Shown here piece after piece: positions 12,312 to 26,500 of a DNA stretch of 64,000 nucleotides. The DNA lies in NCBI GenBank assembly GCA_002245135.1, contig NGBS01000002.1, positions 1 through 64,000 of the forward strand, read 5' to 3'. A program made the position numbers and the translations under genes. Every line of letters begins with the position of its first letter. Position 1 is the first letter of the stretch. Source of the DNA: Proteromonas lacertae (Eukaryota). The notes below the pieces were generated by a model. That model searched no databases, had not been told where the DNA came from, and worked only from the letters and a program-made list of their open reading frames with translations.

Positions 12312-12481
12312 TTTTCGACTATTTTTGTTTTTAACGATTTTATTTTTTTAGTAATGATTTGTTTTTTTGTTGGGATTGATTTATTGAATGATAATACAGA
12401 AAATGATTGATTTAAATTTTAAATAAAAAAAAAAAGGAAATGTGTTTGATTCTGGTTTGAATTTTTATTTCTGTTTTTGTT

Positions 12482-15400
12482 ATGAACTTTCAAATAGCTT
12501 ATCCTAGGCAAGGGTATTATATTTTAAAATGTTATGTAGTATAGAATGCTGCGAATTGCAAGGCATTATGGGATTGTAGATATTCAATTTCAAGTTGGTC
12601 AAAAAATAATAGATGGATTAATACTTCCAATATGTATTAACAATTCTTGTCTGAGGATCAATTATAATTGATCATTTTAGAGGACCAAAAGCCTAAGGAG
12701 AGGCTAATTCCTATTTACGAAAATGATAGCAATGCCTTTCGTATTTTTATTGCATATTTGTGTTATGAAAAAGTATTTATCCCATTTTATTTATTGGTGT
12801 AGATAAGAATTACAGAGAAAAATGTACTTCCTCTTCTGACAATAGCTGATCATTTTATTGAAGGTGATTTGGTTATAAGATGTAAACAATTCATATCAGA
12901 ACATATGAACCCTTTTTTTGCTAGTAAATTATATTTATCAATTCATTTACCGATATTACAGTCGTTCGCTTATACAATCCTTTCTACAATATTTGATAAT
13001 GTCTATCAACTAATATTGCCTCAAAATATAAAAAAACTACCAATAGAAACAGTTGAATATATATATAGACAAGATAATATAATAATAGGAAGTGAATATT
13101 TGTTATTAGAATCATTAGTTGTTTATTATCAGCATGTAAATACAAATAAAGAGACAGAGAATAGATTAAATAATATATTCTATCATATACAGTGGAATAA
13201 TATTACCTATGATGATTTTCTATCTGCAATTAACATGTTTGATATTCCAAACTCATTGAATGAATTAATAAACCATATTAAATTATATTATGAAGGAGAA
13301 TCTGCATTATCAGAAGAATTTTTAACACATACAAGAATATATACCAGTAAATATAGATATTAATGTATTTATTTAGATTATAAACCAACTGATATAGAAA
13401 TATTTGATCTAATTATGAATAGAAGTATAGTAAAATCAGAATGTTCTTCTTTTACTTTAACAAATGATGAAAAAGATTTAATTATGAAGAATTACAATGA
13501 TATTCCATTCAATGATTGTTTGAATGATGAAATGGATTGGATTAGAGAAAGTGTTGTTCAACTTATTTACATCATTTCAGGTATAAATTCTTATTTTTGA
13601 ATATATTTTTATATAGATAAATTGGATATTTCAATGGTTAATATAGATATTATACTGTATTGTTATACCCTTTGGACAATGAAAACACCTGAAACAACAG
13701 AGAAAACACAGCTAATTCTACAGAATATATTTAGTAATAGTAAAATCATTAACAATGAAGTATTAACGAATTGTAACTCATTTATTATCTATTATTATTA
13801 CAATTGTGACAAAATGCTAATAAATAAATCATTAGAGAAGGCAGATGGTATATTTTCTATTTTGTCATCTATTTATAGAAGATACAATAACATTACTGAG
13901 TAGATTGAAAGATGGAGATAAGATGTTGATAGATTTATATCACTCAATAGAGAATAAAGAATGTAAAATAAAGATAATCAATGCATTAGGGTTGTTTTAT
14001 GATAGAGAAGAGAAAATAGAAGAATTGAGTTTATCAAAAGATTATCTTTTGTTGAGTGATTTATTCTATAACATACCAAATGACTCAGTAAAAACTCTAA
14101 TTATTCAGCACATACAGAAAATGAAACTAAATGAAATGGAATTGGAGGAAATAAAGATACATAATGAGAATAGTGATTTATATGATATTCTAACCAATAA
14201 TTATGGTTCAAATTATTCACAATTTGTAGAAGAATTGTTGAGTGAAAATATTCAAATACAATTAAATCGCAATTCAGCAGTTAATTCCTCATGTTAATCA
14301 AGTTGTTTTATCAAAGTATTTACTATCTCATCCATCATTGCCTGGTTATATTCTATTGCTCTATTCAAATAGTGACAGTAATATAATGTTTGGTTTGTCA
14401 AATATTTTACCCATTTCTAAAAGTGCTGATAAATGTAGTTTAATCTATAAACTGAATGCAACAAATATTGTGTTTAAACTTTTGCTTGAAGATTTGAATA
14501 ATGAATCAGTAGTAGTAATTACAATTGAGATTCTATATAATATATCATTTTGTATAAATATATATATATGCATTTTCATTTATATATTAAATAAAAAATA
14601 GATGTTGAAGAAAGTAAAACATGTTTTATTGAGAATAGTTATGTAAATATAGCCAATGATATAATCCAAATATACACTAATAAGAATCAAGAAATAGTAA
14701 GACTTGCTTTAGGAATAATATATAACTTATCTTCAGATAAAAACTTTATAGAAAAAATAAAAAGAAACGAAATAATGAAATATTTGTTGAATGATATTTT
14801 AAATGATAATCCAAAAATTCAGAAACAAATCACTCTTATTCTAACATCACTTTCTCAAGATAAAGATATAAGCAATAAGATGGTGAATAATCCTTCATTC
14901 ATTGATGAATTATTTATATTGATTAAGAACAAAATATCAACAAACCAAAAAGATTTCTTTATTCTCCTCCATTCAATTATCAAATGTATATATATATTCT
15001 ATATCTTATATTTTGATTAGATAATCCAAATAGCACAGAAATAATGGTTCAAAATCAGATTGTTTCAACAATGGTAAATTCAATTAAAGACACAAGAAAT
15101 GAGATAATCATGTTGAATTGTTTGAATATCATAAATGAATTAATGACTAGAAACAATAATATCATTCAAGAGTTAAATCAAAACAGTTTTATGAAATTGT
15201 TGACAATATTATTAAAAACAAAGAATAATAATAATCTAATTGTTTTATCAATATTGAAGATTATTAAATCAATAATTCAAGATGAAATACAAAAGAACAA
15301 CATACAGAATGATGATATAGTTTATCAACTTCGAGTATTATCAAATTCAAAGAATAAAGAAATAAAACAATTGTCAGAAGAAATAATGAAAGTAATTTAA
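12482..15400 (+). CDS. Multi-exon BTB/POZ-BACK protein with C-terminal ARM/HEAT-like helical repeats
   Basis: Exons read VDIQFQVGQKIIDG...AFRIFIAYLCYEK/IRITEKNVLPLLTIADHFIEGDLVIRCKQFI (BTB) and IKKLPIETVEYIYRQDNIIIGSEYLLLESLVVY...IFYHIQW (BACK-like). Later exons have ARM-like Leu/Ile helices (LALGIIYNLS, ITLILTSLS). Several short GT-AG introns and at least one apparent frameshift. Confidence 0.6.
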
Positions 15401-15457
15401 TAATATTTTATAATTATTTATTATATATTTTTCATTCTTTTTCATAAAAAACAATAA

Positions 15458-15465
15458 AACAAACA
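15458..15465 (-). promoter_or_regulatory. TGTTTGTT putative polyadenylation-associated motif
   Basis: Lies exactly 5 nt downstream of the PP2C TAA on the minus strand. The same 8-mer occurs at 354-361 (+) after the Bdp1-like stop. Confidence 0.5.
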
Positions 15466-15470
15466 AATAT

Positions 15471-16776
15471 TTAATTATTAATTCTATTTAAATCAATTAT
15501 CATCACAGTCATATCATCATGAATTGCTTTTCTCATTCCAACACTCAATCTATTATACTGTTCAGCAGCTAAATCACCAAATATTCTTCTTCGAGTTGTT
15601 GTAATAATTGAATTAGCAATATCTTTCACATTACCATCATTATCTTTCAATATATTTTGAAAATCATCTTTTTTTATAAAATCACTCACTGTATTTGTGT
15701 ATATAATCAAATATTCATCATTACTTTGTGGTGTATAATCTATTACCTCAGGTTGACTAGTGATATAAGGACAAGTTATCAACGTATCTAACACATTTGG
15801 AGATATCACAGCTCTATAAACTTCAGAAATCTTATTCTGTGGACATTTCATATAAAAATCACCTAAACTTCTTGTGGTTGATAATATACCTTTTATTCTC
15901 ATTTCTGATTCTTCATTATATTTTGTTATTAAGTCTTTTTCTTCATCAATATTGTGACTTTGCAACAATTTCAACTGTTCTGTTGGATTTGAGATATTAT
16001 GAATAGCATTCATTGGTAGAGATATATATTGAGGTAATTTCTGATTATTATTATTATTATCTTTTCTAATCAAAACACAGTGAATATCACCACAATTGGC
16101 TATATATAAATGCTTATTGAAAAATGTAACTGTTAAAGCACTTGTACCACTTATATATTTCTCATTATTATCTGATTCTATTCTATTTTCATTTAATAGA
16201 CTTGTGTAATATCTATCAAATGATAAATAACTCAATTCAAGGATTCTTTTCATGTCAATTTCTTCTTTTTGTTCTTTACTGTGATTTATTCCACTTTCTA
16301 TAAATCGATAGATTATGTATTTTGCTACTAATGATGCAGCTGGTGAAAAGTGACCATCAAATAATCCATAAAACTTCATATCACTGTTTGACTCAACTAA
16401 AAATTGATCTTCATTTGGATCATTTGCCTATTTATATGATTATGTAAAAATTAATACATGTGCTTGAGAAACTGCTACTTCTGGATGATTTTCTAAACAT
16501 TTGAAGTCTTCACCTTCACATTCATATAAAGGACCAGGATTCTTAACTTCACTTTTGAGTATATCAAAATCTTCTTGGTAATATTTCAACACTTCGGAAT
16601 TATCATTTTCTTCAGCATAATACTTTTTAATTCCATAAATGCTGAATGCAGCAACAGTTCCGACACAAAAATATGGTAAATAATTTAAACTATCATTTTA
16701 TATATTAATAATTGGTATTTGCATACGTTTTATGGGTGGACGAAGAAGAATATCTTCGAAATGAGTTATAAACCAT
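15471..16776 (-). CDS. PP2C/PPM phosphatase, pyruvate-dehydrogenase-phosphatase-like, probably mitochondrial/MRO; 3 exons
   Basis: ANDPNEDQF, FYGLFDGH, LYIANCGD, TRSLGDFYMK, PYITSQPEV and RKAIHDDMTVMII motifs. The N-terminus MVYNSFRRYSSSSTHK (ATG 16776) is Arg/Ser-rich with no acidic residues, like a targeting peptide. Confidence 0.8.
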
Positions 16777-16961
16777 CAAATTATTCTTTAAATGCATCTA
16801 TGCAATAAATAAAATTAAAAATACACATCTTTTGAACTGTTTAATGGACCACATCTTGAAATACAGAAGAAATTATAAATTATAATGCAGGATTGATCAG
16901 ATCATGGATAAAATAAAAAAAAGCAAAACAAATCATATATCAATTATTTTTAATTAATAGT

Positions 16962-17881
16962 TTACACTTGCGAATCTGGAGAAGAAACAACTGATGGTAA
17001 AATGTCGATCTTATCATACTTACTCTTCATTTTCATTTTAAATGTAAAATACGAAACAAAAGTACCTAACAAAGCGCCAGCAATTATATCACTATAATGA
17101 TGCATATTATCTCTCTATTTAGCATTAATAAGGATGATAACAATATACTGTTCTTGTTCCACAGATTAACAATGCTCCAATATAAGGAATACTTGAGATA
17201 ATGAATATTAAATAATTGTGTTGTTCTCCAAATCTATTAACTAATACAACATATAAATATAAAGATAAATAACCCATTCCAGCTGTAGATGTTGCAGAAT
17301 GACCAGATGGAAAACTCTTTCTTACATCTTTTAATATATGTTCGTCCTTCATCTGACATTTTGAATAATCACCTAAAACTCCAACAGTTCCATAAGTTTT
17401 GGTTATTTCATTGTAGGGATATAAACATCTACTGAAGAAGACTGGTCTTAATCTACCACAAAACTTTTTCATACATTCAGTTATTGTATAAGTGAATAAC
17501 AAAGCAGCTGCAAAGGTCAATATTGTTTTTTGAAATGACTAACAATCATATCATTATTATATTTAATTTATACAGGATATGAATTAGTACCAGTTTTTCT
17601 TTGCTTACAATACAACCAACTTGAAATTATAACAATTATAACCAACGGAGCAACAATTGCTATTATCACATCAACAGCTGTACTAAGCAGAATATAAACA
17701 ATATATACGAAATAGTCTCTCCTCTGTATGGCAAGGATAAAGCTGGATCACCCTCATAAAACACTGGTTTATTAGGTTCAATGAATAGAGTTATGATCAG
17801 TATTATGCCTGAAACTATAATACTAATCCAATCTGTTATGGTTGTGTCGTTTAATAAACAACTTAAAGTCAAGCTTACCAT
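16962..17881 (-). CDS. PAP2-family lipid phosphate phosphatase, multi-exon
   Basis: All three PAP2 motifs are present: KKFCGRLRP, SFPSGHS and GTR...DNMHHYSDI (across an intron), with transmembrane stretches. TAA at 16964-16962. The start codon is uncertain. Confidence 0.85.
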
Positions 17882-17954
17882 TTGGTTTGAGTAGGTTTTT
17901 GAGAAAAATAAACACAATCTATAAAAAGTCTACATTGAAATTACTTTATTCTAT

Positions 17955-19636
17955 TTATCCCAATATGGATTTAGCGGCAGCCATAACATCTTGAGCTAAT
18001 TTATCAGCATTTTCTTGTGTATCAGCTTCAGCATAGATACGAACAACATCTTCAGTTCCACTAGGTCTAACAAACGCTCTACCACATTTTACAGCTTTGC
18101 ACAAATCATTGATTTTATTCTGTAATTCAATTGGTTTAACACAAGCAGTTTCACTATCATTACATACAACATCATAACGTGATGGTACTTTCAATACAGA
18201 TTGACGACTAGGTAATGAAGTATACATTTTATCCCAATCCATATGAGTTATTTTTCTTTGTATTAATATACATTCAACCATTAAAGCATCAGTCATAGCA
18301 TCACCAGTTGCTTGATTGATTAATTGATAAGCAGATAATAAATCTCTTACAGCTCTCTTCTGAGTATCATCTTTACATTCAAATGATCGTAATAAATCTA
18401 AAGTCTTTTGATTGAATATAGCAGTACCATGTCCATTAGCTTCAAAGTAAATACCAATATCATATTTCTGAGCTTCATGATGTACAAATTTTACTCCTGT
18501 CTTAGCGAAGGATAATGGGATATTGTTTTTACGTAAGAATTCAGAAGCACTTCCATTAGCATAAGATGTTTCAACTACTCCCATATTTATTTTATCAGTT
18601 AATTTCAATACTTCTAATTTAGAGTGAATCCATGAACCAATTAGTGCTGCTACTTTATCACCATCTAATAAACAGAATTTCTCGTCGTTATTGGAGTAGA
18701 AATATACTAATCTATCAGCATCTCCATCCATACAACAACATCTTTCTAATTTATCATTATGTGCACAATAATTATCTGGGAATGTTTGTTGCTTTTGAGT
18801 AAATTCACTTCCACAATGATAATTTAATACACCATCACCTGTATTTCTTAATTCAATAGGTATATATTCTTTTAATAATCTAGCTAAAGGTGTCCAACCA
18901 ATGAAACCTACTCCATTTGCACAATCAACATGTAATGTTCCTCTATTCTTATATTCATGACCTTCAATTAATTCTTTTACACTTCTTACTACTAATTGAT
19001 TATAACCTTCTACAGAGGCTAATGCTTTGTTATCTTTATTGATCATTCTTACACAGTGATGTAATTGAGGTGTAGGTTAAAACACCATAATCAGTGTGTA
19101 ATGAACCAATAGCATCACGTCCAGCGATAGCTGTTTCTATCAATGCTTTTGAGGTAATACGTGTATCACAACCGAAGAAAACGTGTGAAAATTCATCCAT
19201 GTTGATTTTCTCAGTTTCAATGATCTGATCTAATTTGGAAATTACTTGATCATCGGGTGAATTGGCTAAATCCGCTGCATACTATTTATATGAAATAAAA
19301 GTAAAAAGATTTAAATTATACTCCTTCCCATTCACGAGCAAGCATACCTCCATCTGGATCAATAATTTTAACACCATTATCAACCATAGGGTTGTGTGAA
19401 GCTGTAACCATAACTCCAATAACCTAAATTAAGAACAGTTACATTAGATTATATACTGATGCGGTTTTTCTAGATCTTAATGATGCTAATAAAGCTGTTC
19501 TAAACATTGTAGAGAACAACAATCCACCATTAGTTCTAAATCCAGCAGTTCCATAAGAAAACTTCACACCAGCTGGAATAGGGAAGCAGTTGATTGATTC
19601 AGCTAATTTTGGGAATTTATCTGAAACAGAGGGCAT
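17955..19636 (-). CDS. PGM3: Phosphoacetylglucosamine mutase (PGM3/AGM1), multi-exon
   Basis: [19 protein letters not shown] (catalytic Ser), [17 protein letters not shown] and [17 protein letters not shown] motifs. Confidence 0.93.
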
Positions 19637-19796
19637 GATTTATGGGAAAGATACAAATTAGAATGTTCTTTAGGCTTGATAGATTTGACTTTTTTTTTCT
19701 TAAAAATATGCTGTTTATCAAATCAAAAACAATTTAATTATAGACTCAAGGATAATTTCATTATTTAGAGAATAATAATATAATTAACAATTATAT

Positions 19797-22700
19797 TTAT
19801 GCAAATGCACTTTCAATAACATGTGCTTGTTCTAATTGATGGACTTTACCATACCCTGTAGCAGGTGCTGATGCAGCTCTTCTTCCAGCATATAACTATT
19901 TCAATAATAAATAACAAATCATAATATAAATATAAATATAAATACAAGTTCAATTTCTTTTCCATTGATCATTCTTGCAGCTGTATGAATATGTGGTCTA
20001 ACATAATTATAACAGCCCATATTCTTATGTTCTTCTTGACACCAGACAATCTTAGCTTGCGGATATGAGCTGATTTGATTAGCAACTGCATCAAATGGGA
20101 ATGGTGAAATTTGTTCTATTCTAACAATAGCAACATCATCTATCTTCTTATCCAAACGATAATTATTTAGTTCATAATAGATTTTTCCACTACAGAATAT
20201 CAATTTTCGTATTTTATCATATCTTTGTAATTGATTAGCTAATGGATCTTTAAGAATTCTTAAAAACTTCTTACCTCTGCCAAAATCATCAATATTTGAT
20301 GCACATAATTTATATTTCAATAAGAATTTTGGTGAAGCAACTACTAATGGTTTACGGAAATCACGATGTAACTATTTAATAAAATTTAAATATTTAAAAC
20401 ATACTTGTCTTCTAATAACATGGAAGAAATTAGCCGGTGTTGTACAATTCACAACTTGCCAATTGGATCTTTGAATTTGCATAGTTTGACTTTCATCCAT
20501 ATTTGGTACATCATCAGGATCATCATTACATAATGATAAATATCTTTCAATTCTACAGGAACTATGTTCTGCACCTTGACCATCATGACCATGTGGTAAT
20601 AACAATGTTAAACCACTTTGACTTAACCATTTGCTTTCAGCAGATGAAATGATATTATCAATCATAACTTGAGCACCATTGGAAAAATCTCCAAATTGAG
20701 CTTCCCATATATTTAATTGATTTGGATGTTCAATACTGTAAAAAAATCATAAATTAAAGAAAATACTAATAATAATTATTATATATATTAAATCATTAAA
20801 AAAAAGATATATGACCATATTCATATCCTAACACTGCATTTTCAGATAAAATTGAATTGCAAGCCATAAATGGAGCTGGTTTATAATAATTACCTTTATA
20901 AGGAGTATCACCAATGTGATTCAATGGTATGTATGTATTATTTGTGTTTTGATCATGCAATACACAATGTCTATGTGAGAAAGTACCTCTTTGACAATCT
21001 TGACCACTTATTCTAACTAAATTACCTTCTAGCATTAACTATTTAAATAATAAAGAATAATAAGTAATATATATACTGAACCATAACTCATTAATTCAGC
21101 CATACCCCAATCTATGTCTTTACCAGTTGTAATCATCTTCATACGATTATCATATATCTTCTTCACATTCTTATGTAATACAAATCCATCTGGAACTGTT
21201 GCTATTCTTTTTCCTAATTCTACTAGTAAATCTTTTTCCATTCCTGTTTCTCGAATTGGTGAATATTGATTGGGTGTTTTTAATTTAGCCCAATTGGAGA
21301 CTAACCATTCATCTTTTGGTTTATATTCATTTCTAGTATCATAGGCAGTTTGGAAGACTTTATCTACTTCTTTTTCAATTGCATCACATTCTTCTTTGGT
21401 TATTAATTTATCATCTAATAATTTCTGTTCATATATTTTAAGTAGATTTGGTTTTTTATCAACTACTTTATAAATAGTTGGTTGTGTAAAATAGGGAGAA
21501 TCAATTTCATTATGTCCATGTTTACGATAACCAATCAAATCAATTATCACATCTCTCTTAAATGTCTGTCTATATTCAGCAGCCATTAAGAATACTTTAT
21601 TTACACCAGGAATATCTTCACTATTGACGTGGAATATTGGACAATCAAAACCTCTTCCTAAATCAGAACAATGTATTGTAGATCTTCCATCTACTGGATC
21701 TGTAGTAAATCCAACTTGATTATTAACAATTACATGAATAGTACCACCTACACCATAATTTGGAACTTGAGCCATTTGCATTGATTCATAAACAACTCCT
21801 TGACCACAGAAAGCAGCATCTCCATGCATTAATACACTGGCAACTTTGCTTTTATCTTTATCATTTCTGAAGAATTGTTGTGCTCTTGCAGTTCCTAATA
21901 CTAATGGATCTACAGCTTCTAAATGGGATGGATTACATAATAAAGCTAAATTAATAATCTTTCCATTTGGACATTTTCTATCATGAGTTGTACCTAAGTG
22001 ATATTTAACATCTCCTGAACTATAATATTCAATATTCAGTGGATCTGTTGGATAAGCTGAGTTCTTATAAGCTTCAAAGAATTCTTGGAATATATGTTGT
22101 AATGGTTTTCTAATCACATTTCCTAATACATTTAATCTACCTCTATGAGGCATACCAATAACTAATGATTCACAGCCCATATCAGTCAATTTATCAATCA
22201 TACATTTTAAACCTGGAATTAAGGATTCAGCACCTTCTAAACCGAATCTTTTATGTGTACTGAAATGCTTTTGACAGAATGTTTCGAATTTTACTGCATA
22301 AGCTAATCTTTCTAAATAATATTTTGAAGTTTCTTTTGTGATTTGTTCTTTGGGTGATTCTATCCTTGATCTTAACCATTCTATTTCTTCTGGTCTTCTT
22401 ATATGTGTATATTCTGTAGCTACAGTGGATGTGTAACACCTCTTTAATTCATTAACCATTTGTTTTAATGTGCAAGTTCCACTTGGGAAATTATTCAATA
22501 AACCACCTTTTACTACTTGACCATCTAATTGGATTGGTTGGTCCAAATCTGCATCTGTAAATCCATAATAATGATAATCCAATTCAGGTACATTTGCTGG
22601 CTTACTTAGTTTTAAAGGATCTAAATCAGCAACTAAATGACCTTTGCTTTGGTATGCTTGAATTAGTTGATACAATCGTAATAACTGGGGTGAACTACCA

Positions 22701-23193
22701 CCTCCACTTCCACCAGCAGCAGATGGAAGCCATTCTATTTTAAATTATATAATTATATATAAACAATACACTGAGTACGGTTGATATGCGTTTTGTGGAT
22801 CTTTACCTTCATCTAAATTCTTGAAGTAAGTTTGCCAAGAAGCATCAACTCTATAAAGTAATTAGAATCTTTTCAAAATACGAATTTGGATCAGCTTTCC
22901 ATTGTCTATACAATTCTTCTATAAATATAACACTACTTCCACTTAAGAAAGACTCAGATGGATTGATCTTGGTGGTAATGCTTCTCATCAACATTGCTGA
23001 CATAGATGGAGCAAACTATGGACTAATAAAAAGATAAACTGATACATGGATGGAATTAACTTTGCATCCTAACCTTCCTAGTGCATTAATTGCCTCTAAA
23101 TAAAATATATCAAAATATATTGGAATTAATAATATGTAATTTGATAGTTATACTATTTGTTCTATTCAAGCCACAGAACACTTTATTTAGCAT
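19797..23193 (-). CDS. OGDH: 2-oxoglutarate dehydrogenase E1 component, multi-exon
   Basis: [40 protein letters not shown] (ThDP motif), [24 protein letters not shown] and [10 protein letters not shown] motifs. ATG 23193 ([13 protein letters not shown], presequence-like) is joined through short introns; TAA at 19799-19797. Confidence 0.93.
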
Positions 23194-23596
23194 TATAAAA
23201 TACTCGTAGAAACCGTAGAACTAAGATATTTAAACGGATATATTTCTATTATATAGTAAAAGTGAATATAAATCGCAAATTCCATATCAAAGATAAAAAA
23301 TAAAGTATTTGAAATAGTTTAAAAGCACATTCTGATTTTTTAAATTATACTATTAACAAATGAATGAAATTCACTTTTAAACAATATAATTCTACATTAA
23401 TATTACATCAATTAATATCCTTTTATTATTTATACAAATAATTGATGAAAAAACAACAAAAATAGAAGTGGCTTTTCTGACAAACGTTGTTTGAGTATGT
23501 GGGATTTCTGCAAAGACCTAAGACTAAAGCTTGTTAAAATACAAGCCCAACATAACTATTGTCAAGCTTTTACTCTCTCAAACTTATTTTTTTAAG

Positions 23597-26500
23597 ATGA
23601 GTTTAATTTGCGGAGTATTGAAGGGTCAATCTTGGCTCTTATTGTTCTCAATTGTTTTTGTGTGCGGAGTTGTAGCTGAAGATGATGCTTGTACCGAGTA
23701 CAGCAGTAACAATCAAGAATCTTACTGGTATTACCATCTTTAAATATTTCACTGCTATAGGGTTGATGTACAACAGTGTAGTAATTGTACAAGTCATGTA
23801 GGATGCGGATATTGTTTATCTACTATGACATGTATTTCTGGAAGTGAAGAAGGACCTGCCGGAGGAACTCCTTGCCCCCAGTTTATATATGAAAGTAGTA
23901 GTTGTCCAGGTATATATTTATATTTTATCATATATATTTATATAAATAGTAAAACCTGATTGTGGGATATATGATCAGTTGTGACAAATGTGCTGCTGAT
24001 ACTGAGTGTGCATGGTGTGCTAGTGAGAAGATATGTATGGTTCAATCAGAGGTTGACGGAAAAGGATGTAGAAATCCAATTTACAATACACCATGTCCAT
24101 CCAGTTTTGTTGAGAATAATCGAGTAGTGGGTAATTTGAATACATCTGTAGATCCGATGTATAAGACAGGAGGTGAATTTCACGTAGTAGGTGAAAATAA
24201 TTCTTTTACTATGGATATTGACAAAGAATTTAAAGTTCAATCTGCTAGTAATATTACACTAGAAGCAGGTAATTCAACAATACTTAATTTACCAGGAGGT
24301 AATGTGTCAATAACAGCTGAAAGTGTTGAATTCTATGGTGGTAACAGTAAAGCAGAAAATCCATATGAAAAGAATAATGGTGGTGAAATTGATATTAAAG
24401 GAGGTGATTCTGACTATTCTAAAGGCGGAAATATCAATATGAATGCTGGTAATAGTATTAATAATGTTGGTGGTAGTGTAATATTTGAAAGTGGATCTAG
24501 TAATACCAGTATATCAGGCAATGTGAATATATCAACTGGAGTTGGAAGTATTGAATCAGGAAATACAACACTTCAAACAGGTGAAGCTTATAATGAGACT
24601 GGTTCAATGAAGATTATTACAGGAGATAGTGATAATAAAGCTGGTAATATTAATATACATCCTGGTACGTCATCATCTGCTGAGAGTGGTTCAGTAATTG
24701 GTAATGCAGGTGATGGTATTGATACAACAGAAGGTGGTAGAATTGAGATGAAATCAGGAGGTAGTACTGTTGGTAAGAGTGGTGATATTAACATCAAAAC
24801 TGCAGAATCAGTTAGTCAAAGTGGTGATGCTGTTATTGGAACAGGTGATTCTGTAGATGGTAAAGCTGGAGATGTTAAAGTCAATACTGGTAGTACTAAG
24901 ATAGAGAAATCAGGTGATGTTAAATTTACATCTGGTAATGTTACTGAAAGTGATGGTAAAGTAGGAGATGTGAAATTAGAAGGTGGTGATTCTGCAGGTA
25001 ATGAAAAGACTGTGAGTGGTGAAATTGTATTATTATCTGGCACTACAGAAGCAACTAAACAATCATACTCAAGTATATTTGAGTTAATTGCTGGTTTTAC
25101 ATCCTCATCCTCTCATTTCAGTGCAGGTGGTTCTACTAATGTGAAGACTGGTAAAAGTATGATTAATTCAGGTTCAATCAATATGACTGGAGGTTATGGA
25201 AGATTGAATTCAGGAGGTGTTGTGATAAAGACTAACAACTCAACAATGCAAAGTGGAAATATAGTTATTGGATCTGGAAATAGTACCAATACAACCAGTG
25301 GAAATACCAATATGAAAGGTGGATATGGTCCAGATAAACCATCATTATTAGATTACAGTGTAGGCAAAAGTAGTAAAGAAAAAGGAGGTGATCTTAATAT
25401 GTATTCTGGTATGACATTGATAGAAGCAGCACCGTTGATATTGGCTAATAGAGGCAGTAGAGTTGGTATTAGATCAAGTAAGAGCAAGAATTCTGACAGT
25501 GGAGATGTGAAGTTTAAAACTGCTAATGCCAATAATGGTAATTCTGGTAGAATTAATATTTATACTGGATATACAAGCGAGTATTTATCAGGAGTATATA
25601 ATATATTATTGAAGGAAGCATATGAAGCAGGGCAAATTAAGATGAAAGCTGGTCAAAGTGAGAAGAAAGCTGGAGGAATCAATGCTAAGGCAGGCAAATC
25701 ACTAACAGCTGAAGGTGGTGATGCAAAAATAGAAAGTGGAAATGGTGATGTGATGGGTGGAGATGTTACTATTGTCGGTGGAAAAGGTAATATGACAGGA
25801 GGAAATGTATTATTTGAAGGAGGTAATTCCACTTATATGAAAGGAGGTGATACTTATATTATCGGTGCTAATGTTACTAAAGATGGTTTAGGTGGTAATA
25901 TTGATATGGTTTCTGGTAAAGGTAAATATTTAAGTGGAGATTTAACCATTATCACAGCAAAAGGTGGTTTATTAGGTAAGAGCGGTGATATTCTTATTGC
26001 TACAGCCAATGCAACATTAGCCAGTGGATGGATTGAAATTAATACTGGTGCTGGTTTGAATGGAACTGGTGGAAATATCATATTACATGTTGGTGAAACA
26101 GATTCAGGTTCTGGAGGACATATTGAAATGTTTTCTGGCTCTACAGAAGCAGTTGGTATTGATGGTGGTTATATCTATGTTAGAGCTGGTAATGTTGGTG
26201 ATAATCATAGTTTAGGTAAAGCTGGATCTATTATTATGCAAGGTGGAATCTCAAGAGGTACAAGTCTTATCTCAAGAGGTGGAGATTCTATTATACTTGC
26301 AGGATCAGCTTTCTCTGGAATTGGAGGTAATGTTATTCTTACTGCTAGAAAAGGTAATATCAAGAGTGGTGATGTGATTGTTAAGACACCTAATTCTGGT
26401 ACTGAAGGTCATAGTGGTAATATATTAATGAGAACTGGTCCAGCAACAGCAGAAACATCAGGTACAATCATATTCAACATTAAAGGTGGAAATTTAATCA

